From: a virus
Length of the DNA: 64,000 bases
IMG/VR virus record: IMGVR_UViG_3300031654_000269
Coordinates: 2,446-66,445 of that record
Strand: one strand, 5' to 3'
Each line of letters opens with the position of its first letter. Positions within the stretch are counted from its first letter, which is position 1. Shown here one piece after another: positions 18,286 to 25,338 of this stretch. The notes below the pieces were generated by a model, which was given only the letters and a program-made list of their open reading frames with translations, searched no databases and was not told where the DNA came from. The position numbers and the translations under genes are program-made.

Positions 18286-18507
18286 CTATAACAAATTTAA
18301 TAGGTCTTTATTATTCCTTTGACCCGTTGCAGTTCCCATATGTAGAGTTTTTGCGTGATTTTGTAACTTCTCAAAGCATTCTATTGTATCGGGTGTTTGA
18401 ATTTCAGTCTGTTTTCCACCTATAAAATAAACAAATTCAAAAAATTCTCCGTCAACACTAATAGCTTTTATAGAAGTTTTTCCGGACATAGCTTCAAATT
18501 TTTTCAT
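18286..18507 (-). CDS. Hypothetical early protein
   Basis: 73 aa, first gene downstream of the ribozyme leader. Confidence 0.75.
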   Translation of the reverse strand: MKKFEAMSGKTSIKAISVDGEFFEFVYFIGGKQTEIQTPDTIECFEKLQNHAKTLHMGTATGQRNNKDLLNLL

Positions 18508-18655
18508 AATTACAACGTTTTTTATTGGTTAAGACCCAGCCAACTCGTGACCGGGTTTCAATCTTTATAATGTGCTTACAGCTTAGACCATTCTAAATAA
18601 ATAGAATCTGGACGAATCCAGTCATCAGTTAACCTCACTGTAAGCAAAAAACGTT
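18508..18655 (-). ncRNA. Hammerhead-like ribozyme: catalytic strand plus its proximal cis half-site (GUC)
   Basis: AACGUUUUUU GCUUACAG UGA GGUUAA CUGAUGA [CUGGA UUCG UCCAG][AUUCUA..UAGAAU] GGUCU AAG CUGUAAGC ... AGAUU GAAA CCCGGUCA-loop-UGGCUGGG UC UUAACC AAU AAAAAACGUU. All hammerhead core nucleotides are present, with a non-canonical insertion after A9. Confidence 0.75.
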
Positions 18656-18811
18656 TGAAAAAGAATCTTGGGAGAAGTAATACCTTTTATGTGTTGGTGC
18701 GGTTTCGATGGCCCGGCGTGATTAAATATTAACGGTGGTGCACTGCCGGAAAGGTGAATCGCTGACTTCGATTCTTATTGGTGTCCTTTTTTCGAGCTTC
18801 TCTCTTTCAGA

Positions 18812-18823
18812 ATGTCAATGAAC
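18812..18823 (-). promoter_or_regulatory. boxA-like antitermination element
   Basis: GTTCATTGACAT resembles rrn boxA (GYTCTTTAANA family) and lies in the early leader. Confidence 0.5.
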
Positions 18824-18854
18824 GTGTAGGTAGGAAAATGTTTCGTCTTTTACT

Positions 18855-18927
18855 GCCAATTCCCCGGCTCATTTACGAGTCCGGGGCACACCTGCCGATT
18901 ACTTACGACAGGATTGGCGGCAGGGTG
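18855..18927 (-). ncRNA. GC-rich pseudoknot-like structured element in the early leader
   Basis: CCUGCC/GGCAGG stem; loop GCCAAU is complementary to AUUGGC located after a CCCCGG/CCGGGG hairpin. Confidence 0.5.
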
Positions 18928-19176
18928 TTATTTTACTGCTTTATAAAGTTCTTCAAATATGTTGTAATAAGTTTGTGAAAGACGATAACGAGCTTTTATA
19001 ACTCGTGCCTTTTTGCAGGTAGTAGTGAACCTATCATAAACATTGGTAGTTTCGTTTTGAATACGATTCCAAAAGTTCTGAAGTTCTCTTTTTGAAGAAA
19101 CTTTTTCAGTAGCTTCTGATTTCAAGCAGATTCTGTAATTTCCGCTTTTGAGTTGTTTAAAGTAAATTGTTTTCAT
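18928..19176 (-). CDS. Hypothetical protein, first gene of the leftward early transcript
   Basis: 82 aa basic ORF right after the promoter. Confidence 0.7.
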   Translation of the reverse strand: MKTIYFKQLKSGNYRICLKSEATEKVSSKRELQNFWNRIQNETTNVYDRFTTTCKKARVIKARYRLSQTYYNIFEELYKAVK

Positions 19177-19209
19177 TGTCGTAAGTATTTGTTTGTATTA
19201 ATCAATACG

Positions 19210-19241
19210 TAAATATAGGTATAATGTTTTAAAAAAACAAG
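19210..19241 (-). promoter_or_regulatory. Bacteroidota-type early promoter (leftward)
   Basis: CTTG-N20-TATATTTA, close to the TTTG/TAnnTTTG consensus. Confidence 0.6.
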
Positions 19242-19319
19242 ACTTTTTAAATTTATTTTTTAAAAAAACGCCTTTTTTTATATAAATCAGCTGTTTATTG
19301 AAAAATAATTCAAATAAAA

Positions 19320-19351
19320 CTAGGATTAAATGATACAAATTTATAAATTTT
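19320..19351 (+). promoter_or_regulatory. Putative rightward (packaging/structural) promoter
   Basis: CTAG-N20-TAAATTTT in the divergent AT-rich intergenic region. Confidence 0.45.
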
Positions 19352-19386
19352 ACTCCATAGATCAAATTACTGACTAAAAAGGAGGG

Positions 19387-19602
19387 ATGGAAATAGCATT
19401 AATCATATTAGGGAGCTGTATTTTGTTATTTATCTGTAACTGGATTTATTATGCAATTGCTATTATCCGGAGTAGAAAGAAAATCAGAAATCTACGAGAG
19501 GAATTTAACGGATATTTGAGTGGAGATATGGATGCTAACGTTCACAAATATGTCAAACGATTTCCTGAATCAGAACTTGCAAAACTCATGAGAAAAAACT
19601 AA
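19387..19602 (+). CDS. Small membrane protein
   Basis: N-terminal TM helix; AGGAGG upstream. Confidence 0.7.
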   Translation: MEIALIILGSCILLFICNWIYYAIAIIRSRKKIRNLREEFNGYLSGDMDANVHKYVKRFPESELAKLMRKN

Positions 19603-19610
19603 GTTAAAAA

Positions 19611-20162
19611 ATGATACGTACCCGTAAAAGAAAAGTCAGACCTGATACATATAGAAAACCAGGACGAAAGGGAGTATATGATTCAACTACTCCTGAACGT
19701 GCGATTTGGCTTATGGCACGTGGACTTACAGAAAAAGATTTAGCAGTAGCATTTGGAGTAAATGTAACTACAATTGAGCGATGGCAACGTGATCTTCCAG
19801 AATTTAGTGAGGCCATGCAAAAAGGTAAAAAGCAGGCAGATGAAAATGTAGTAAAATCTTTATACAAGAGTGCAATGGGATACTCTCATCGTGATATTAA
19901 AATCGTATCAACTAAAGATGGAGTATTGACAATCCCTATTTTAAAACACTATCCACCTGATGTGACGGCTTGTATATTCTGGCTTAAAAATCGTCAACGT
20001 GAAGATTGGGCTGACGTACAAAAATTTGAGAGTACTGCAAATATGAATATAAATGTTAATGGAAAACTTGACTTATCAATACTTTCAGGAGAGGAACAGA
20101 GATTAATAAAATCAATAGCTATTAAACGATTAAAATCAATAGAAGGTGTCAGACACAATTGA
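19611..20162 (+). CDS. terS: Terminase small subunit
   Basis: HTH (GLTEKDLAVAFGVNVTTIERW), PPDVTACIFWLKNR; directly upstream of the large subunit. Confidence 0.88.
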   Translation: MIRTRKRKVRPDTYRKPGRKGVYDSTTPERAIWLMARGLTEKDLAVAFGVNVTTIERWQRDLPEFSEAMQKGKKQADENVVKSLYKSAMGYSHRDIKIVSTKDGVLTIPILKHYPPDVTACIFWLKNRQREDWADVQKFESTANMNINVNGKLDLSILSGEEQRLIKSIAIKRLKSIEGVRHN

Positions 20163-21702
20163 TACATTAATACTTGATAAAAAGTCTCAGGAAGTCATTT
20201 CTCAAGCTATAAATGACCCGGTAGATGCTATCCGTTCCCTCGGAGGATTAGATTTTTATGAATTCTTACAAGTATTTTGGGAACAGATAACTTTGGATGA
20301 ATTTGTAGATAATTGGCACATACCTATGTTATGTAATGAATTACAAACGTTAGCAGAAAGAGTGGCAAAGAAACAACCTAAAGAATACGATTTAATAGTA
20401 AATATCCCTCCAGGTACAACTAAAACAATAATATGTTTAATTGCGTTTCCAGCTTGGGCATGGACTAAGTGGTATTGGATGCAATTTATAGCAGCGTCAC
20501 ATAGTATGCCTATTGCTTTAAAGAGTGCAACTAAGTGTAGGGACTTAGTACGGTCGGATAAGTATAAGATGATATATCCATGGTTGGACATAAAGGCGGA
20601 TGAGGATACCAAGTCAGATTTTAGGGTTGTAAAAAAGACGTATGTCAAAGCTGGCCATGTACCACGAATATCTATTGGGGGTGGACGGTTTACTTGTTCA
20701 GTAGGAGGTTCAGTAACAGGGATGCATGGTCATATTGTATTAATTGATGACCCAATTGACCCTCGAAAAGCTATTAGTGATGCAGAGATTGAATCTGCTA
20801 ATCATTGGATGGATGAAACGATACCAACACGTAAGGTTAATAAGGAAGTTACTCCCACTGTTTTGATAATGCAACGTCTTCATCAGAATGATCCTTCCGG
20901 ACATCTATTAGAAAAGAAAGAGAAACGGATTCGGCATATATGTCTACCGGGAGAAATTGTTAATTACAATAAATACATACAACCAAAAGAATTTAAAGAA
21001 TATTATAAAAATGGATTATTGGATCCAACACGTATGTCATGGACTGTGTTAAAGGACATGGAAATTGATATGGGACAATACGGTTTCGCCGGTCAGGTTG
21101 GACAGAATCCAACTCCACCAGGTGGAGGTATGTTTAAAGTTGATCATTTCCAGATGATTCAAACAATGATTCCTGAAGTGAGTATAATGCAAACGATTCG
21201 ATATTGGGATAAAGCAGCTACAGATGAAGCTGAATTGAAAAAGGGAAGAGATGCAGCATATACCGTTGGAGTGAAAATGATACTGACAGATCGTGGAAAA
21301 TATATTGTTGCCGATGTAAAACGAGGACGGTGGGAAACAAACGAACGGGAAAGGATCATACGAGAGACTGCTGAAGTGGATGGACAGAAAGTATTAGTTA
21401 TGACAGAACAGGAACCAGGGTCAGGTGGGAAAGATAGTGTACGATCAACAATTACTAACCTGGCCGGATATCATTGTGAAGGAGACCCCGTGTCGGGGAA
21501 AGGAAGTAAACCAATTCGAGCAGATATATATAGTGTACAGGTAAATAATGGTAATGTGTTATTGTTGTCAGGGGATTGGAACCGGGAGTTTGTGGAGGAG
21601 CACCGGTTCTTTCCTTTTTCTAAGTACAAGGATCAGGTTGATGCCGCTGCCGGTGCATTTAATAAATTGACGAAGAAGAAACAAGTTAAAATATACACAT
21701 AA
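20146..21702 (+). CDS. terL: Terminase large subunit
   Basis: NIPPGTTKT, LIDDPID, IMQRLH, RYWDKA, EQEPGSGGK, DQVDA. Confidence 0.95.
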   Translation: MSDTIDTLILDKKSQEVISQAINDPVDAIRSLGGLDFYEFLQVFWEQITLDEFVDNWHIPMLCNELQTLAERVAKKQPKEYDLIVNIPPGTTKTIICLIAFPAWAWTKWYWMQFIAASHSMPIALKSATKCRDLVRSDKYKMIYPWLDIKADEDTKSDFRVVKKTYVKAGHVPRISIGGGRFTCSVGGSVTGMHGHIVLIDDPIDPRKAISDAEIESANHWMDETIPTRKVNKEVTPTVLIMQRLHQNDPSGHLLEKKEKRIRHICLPGEIVNYNKYIQPKEFKEYYKNGLLDPTRMSWTVLKDMEIDMGQYGFAGQVGQNPTPPGGGMFKVDHFQMIQTMIPEVSIMQTIRYWDKAATDEAELKKGRDAAYTVGVKMILTDRGKYIVADVKRGRWETNERERIIRETAEVDGQKVLVMTEQEPGSGGKDSVRSTITNLAGYHCEGDPVSGKGSKPIRADIYSVQVNNGNVLLLSGDWNREFVEEHRFFPFSKYKDQVDAAAGAFNKLTKKKQVKIYT

Positions 21703-21703
21703 A

Positions 21704-21823
21704 ATGATTAAAAAACTTTTTCTTTCGATGTCAGAGTGGTTACTTGATTGGGCTGATATTATTTTTTTATCAATACTGACTTTATCATTGGTTAGTTTAA
21801 TTATAGTCTGGATAACACAATGA
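21704..21823 (+). CDS. 39-aa single-TM protein coupled to the endolysin gene (holin/antiholin-like candidate)
   Basis: MIKKLFLSMSEWLLDWADIIFLSILTLSLVSLIIVWITQ; ATGA overlap with 21820; below the ORF-track cutoff. Confidence 0.55.
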   Translation: MIKKLFLSMSEWLLDWADIIFLSILTLSLVSLIIVWITQ

Positions 21824-22311
21824 GTGAAATGAACAAAGCAATAATATCTGAACATCTATCCTACCGAGAAGCAGTATACAGTGATACTGCCTTACGATTG
21901 GGTATTGATAATTACCCAACTGAGGCTCAGTTAGAGAGCATGGAGGATTGGGCGTTGCATATATTTGAACCTCTACGTAAAGGACTTGGAGATCGTCCTA
22001 TTAATATCTCTAGTATGTTCCGATCATTATCATTAAATAAAGTTATTGGTGGAGCTGAGACAAGTCAGCACATGGAGGGTGAGGCAGCTGATCTGGATAA
22101 TGATAATCGGGAGGAAGGTCCAACCAATGCAGAGATATTTCATTATATACGTGGATATCTTATATTTGATCAATTGATTTGGGAGTATGGAGATGATGAG
22201 AATCCTGCTTGGGTCCATGTAAGTTATAATGCCGGGAAGAATAGGAATGAGGTTTTAAGGTGTCGTAGAATAAATGGTAGAACTAAATATGAGTTGTATG
22301 ACCGTAGCTGA
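21820..22311 (+). CDS. Peptidase M15A-family endolysin
   Basis: ISSMFRS, SQHMEGEAAD, FDQLIWE, WVHVSY. Confidence 0.9.
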   Translation: MSEMNKAIISEHLSYREAVYSDTALRLGIDNYPTEAQLESMEDWALHIFEPLRKGLGDRPINISSMFRSLSLNKVIGGAETSQHMEGEAADLDNDNREEGPTNAEIFHYIRGYLIFDQLIWEYGDDENPAWVHVSYNAGKNRNEVLRCRRINGRTKYELYDRS

Positions 22312-23245
22312 AATATACGAGAAGGATTATAATATATTTATCAGGTATGCTATGAAACACTTTACCCGCTTTAATGAGGAGTGGGCAAGAGATTTAGTAC
22401 AAGATACTTTCTTACGGGTACTCCGGTATCTTAAAAGTACAGGGAAGAGTTTGATTGAAGGAACAGAGCGGACTTTCATCATTGGAGTTATGCATCATGT
22501 AGTTATTAATAATTATCGTTGTAAGCATAATAAGATGGCAAAACGATGTTCAGATCTAGCGGAGGTAGAAAAAGTAACAATAGATCATGATTTTAACTTG
22601 GATATTGACATAATCCATAAAGTATTACAAGGCAGAAGTTCGGAGAATAAGACATATCAATACTTTTTAAAATATTTACAAGGTTATAAACTCAAAGAAA
22701 TAGCAGAAATGGAAAATACAACAATTCAAAGTGTGAAGTCAGGAATGAACTTTTGTCGACAACGAGCAATCAAATCCAAAGTGATATCAAGTATGGTTGC
22801 TGTATATACGGCGTTTTTATTAATAGGATGTAATCCGAAAGACTGTCCTGATTGTCCGTCATGTCCTCCCTGCAATCCAATAACTATTCATGATACCGTA
22901 ATAGTGGATAATACTTGTTATCCTTGTATTGATTCTGCTAAGCAGGTTGCGTTAGAAGAGATAAACGATTGGTATTTATTCAAAGTAGACGAATTAGATA
23001 GTTTACATCAATTGGCGATGAATGAGGTGGATGAATACCGCGAGCAAGCCATATACGAAATTGATACTATGCGTGAGAATTTTATTATATGGCGAGATGC
23101 TGAGGTAGAGTATTTAGCCTTATGGAAAGACTCCGTTGAACGATTACATATCTATGATAACTTAACAATTGATTGTCCAGAGATGGAGGCAATTGTATAT
23201 TTTGATGAAGTAACAGGAAAGCCCGTATTGAAAATATTAGAATAA
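22298..23245 (+). CDS. ECF sigma-factor-like domain fused in frame to a lipoprotein-like domain
   Basis: Region 2 ARDLVQDTFLRV, region 4 GYKLKEIAEMENTTIQSVKS, then a hydrophobic stretch with lipobox LIGC and Cys/Pro repeats. Confidence 0.7.
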   Translation: MTVAEIYEKDYNIFIRYAMKHFTRFNEEWARDLVQDTFLRVLRYLKSTGKSLIEGTERTFIIGVMHHVVINNYRCKHNKMAKRCSDLAEVEKVTIDHDFNLDIDIIHKVLQGRSSENKTYQYFLKYLQGYKLKEIAEMENTTIQSVKSGMNFCRQRAIKSKVISSMVAVYTAFLLIGCNPKDCPDCPSCPPCNPITIHDTVIVDNTCYPCIDSAKQVALEEINDWYLFKVDELDSLHQLAMNEVDEYREQAIYEIDTMRENFIIWRDAEVEYLALWKDSVERLHIYDNLTIDCPEMEAIVYFDEVTGKPVLKILE

Positions 23246-23414
23246 ATGGAAAAACCTAAATCTAAAGATTCAAAATGAATTATATGAAGGTCAGACCCGT
23301 TCATTCAATACTTATATTATAATTCTTATTTTTATGTTAATATGTGGTATTGTATTTTTTATCATTACAGTGCTTCAGATTGGAATTACTTGTTAATACA
23401 TAAAACAAAACGAC

Positions 23415-23597
23415 ATGTGGGCAATAATAAGTACGATTTGTCTTCTTCCTCTTCAAATTATGTATTTAATCATAAATAGATTTAATGAGCATAAACAGAA
23501 GTGGTACGTCTTACTAATCCCATTGTGGATTGTAGGTTTAATTTGGTTAGTGGTATTGATTACACTAATCATACATATAATCAATTTCGAAGGATAA
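23415..23597 (+). CDS. Small two-TM membrane protein
   Basis: Two hydrophobic helices. Confidence 0.6.
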   Translation: MWAIISTICLLPLQIMYLIINRFNEHKQKWYVLLIPLWIVGLIWLVVLITLIIHIINFEG

Positions 23598-23622
23598 ATG
23601 GAATAACAAAATAAAACTTTAA

Positions 23623-24096
23623 ATGAAAATGAAAAAATTACTAATTGCTTTAATATTCATCGGAATGTCTATTACGAGCGTCGAAGCTCAGTGGAAGACT
23701 TATACCGATGGATTTAACTTCAACAACCTATCTGGTACAGATACAGCATTCTACTATAATGTATTTGAGTCAAGTCCAAAGAGGGTATACGATGGATTAT
23801 GGTCAGTTGGAGTGCTGGATGATTTGATTAAATCCGATTCCCTTCATGTTACTATCGGAGTGGCAAGTGAAGTAGGAGATTTTAAAGAATTGTCAATAAC
23901 GAACTGGCCGTATGAACTCGGAACGGATTCAACCATAGTGAATGGGAGCTATTCACATGGACATGCTGCGTATGATGATATTATACCATTTCGATATTTG
24001 GTTGTGAAGTATTATAAGGATGCAACCGGGGAGTTTGAAGTGGCAGTCACATCAGCTGATTCGGTACGACATAAAATATATATGTTTGAGAGATGA
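23623..24096 (+). CDS. Secreted protein with a Sec signal peptide
   Basis: MKKLLIALIFIGMSITSVEA-Q signal (mature N-terminal Gln). Confidence 0.75.
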   Translation: MKMKKLLIALIFIGMSITSVEAQWKTYTDGFNFNNLSGTDTAFYYNVFESSPKRVYDGLWSVGVLDDLIKSDSLHVTIGVASEVGDFKELSITNWPYELGTDSTIVNGSYSHGHAAYDDIIPFRYLVVKYYKDATGEFEVAVTSADSVRHKIYMFER

Positions 24097-25337
24097 TAAA
24101 AAGTCTGTTCATAACATTATTATTAATTCCTTTTACTCTTATAGGGTTTGGACAAGCTTTGGCTGATCGAGGATTTATCAGAGATTTTGATGGATCCAGT
24201 ATTGTCAATAGAGCAGTAACAGCGACTCTATATGTTTCCCCTAATGGTGATAATTCAGATGGTTTTACACTGAAAAGAGCTTATCAAACATTGTCAGGAG
24301 CTTTAAGTGCAGCTTCAACAGATAAAAATGAATGTACGTTAATAGTTGTAGGAATTAATACCGATGCAGACTTTTATGACATCAATACACCAGATGACCC
24401 AACTTTTACAGGTAACTATATAATAAAAGGAACGAATAATACATGGCAAAAAATCAAGAATACTCACGCCGAAGCTACTTCGATACTTAAATTCACTGGT
24501 CATGTTTCTTTGGATGATCTTAGCTTCGATCTTGGTACGGGTAGTGCAAATGGAGTGATTATCACACAAGACGGTTTCCGTGTCAATTCATGTCGGTTTG
24601 CCGGGACAGAATTAACAGGTGCAGCAACAGCTCTTCATATTGACGGAGCAACAACCTTAGAGGACGGGAAGATTATAAATTGCGAGTTTTTAGGTGATAG
24701 AACTTACATGACTGGGATATTAATGGATAATACCGCATTTCATGAGATTTCTGATATTTTATTTAATGAATGTTTAGCGGCCATACAGATAGTTAATGAT
24801 GCTAGTGATCTCAATACATTTGATGGAATGTACATAAAGAATTGTGCTATCGGAATAGATATTGATGCGGGAAATGAGCAACGTATTTCTAATGTACAAT
24901 TTGCGGATAATACAGTGAATATAGACGATGAAGTTGGTGATCATACTTTTGATAATTTAAAAGGTGATTTCGCCGTTACTATCCTCCCAGATAATCTTGT
25001 TGGCATTACTATTGCAGCTAATGCTACTGCCAATCTCTGGGGAGCAGATACCGAGATAATCGCTGCTGATGTTATTGATGCACCGTTTAGGGTTCTTAGT
25101 TTTATTAATGATCCGGGCGTGGAGCAATGGTATCAGGTACGATTCAGTTATGGAGCAGCGGGTACTCAGTATTTTGATAATGTTTTGTTAAACTCTACAA
25201 AGAAATCTGGATCCACTGTACCAACAGGAACAGGGTTTATCTTTAACAAAGGTACGCGAATAAGTGCAAGTGCAAAAGCATTTACTGGAGGTAGTGATGA
25301 AGTTCAGGTATGGTTAAAAATTCAAATAGTACAATAG
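24093..25337 (+). CDS. Secreted right-handed beta-helix (pectin-lyase-like) protein
   Basis: Signal peptide ending GFG-Q; LYVSPNGDNSDG motif; beta-helix repeats. Confidence 0.75.
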   Translation: MIKSLFITLLLIPFTLIGFGQALADRGFIRDFDGSSIVNRAVTATLYVSPNGDNSDGFTLKRAYQTLSGALSAASTDKNECTLIVVGINTDADFYDINTPDDPTFTGNYIIKGTNNTWQKIKNTHAEATSILKFTGHVSLDDLSFDLGTGSANGVIITQDGFRVNSCRFAGTELTGAATALHIDGATTLEDGKIINCEFLGDRTYMTGILMDNTAFHEISDILFNECLAAIQIVNDASDLNTFDGMYIKNCAIGIDIDAGNEQRISNVQFADNTVNIDDEVGDHTFDNLKGDFAVTILPDNLVGITIAANATANLWGADTEIIAADVIDAPFRVLSFINDPGVEQWYQVRFSYGAAGTQYFDNVLLNSTKKSGSTVPTGTGFIFNKGTRISASAKAFTGGSDEVQVWLKIQIVQ

Positions 25338-25338
25338 T

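Noticed and set aside
14887-18560. Early repeats as a CRISPR array
   Set aside because: The intervening sequences are whole genes of variable length, the repeat interior is variable, and no cas genes are present.
18855-18927. HDV-like/theta or twister ribozyme
   Set aside because: I could not place P3/P1.1, the catalytic C or the twister consensus; kept only as an unknown pseudoknot.
18778-18978. 66-aa plus-strand ORF
   Set aside because: Antisense to the early transcript and overlapping structured leader RNA; no coding support.
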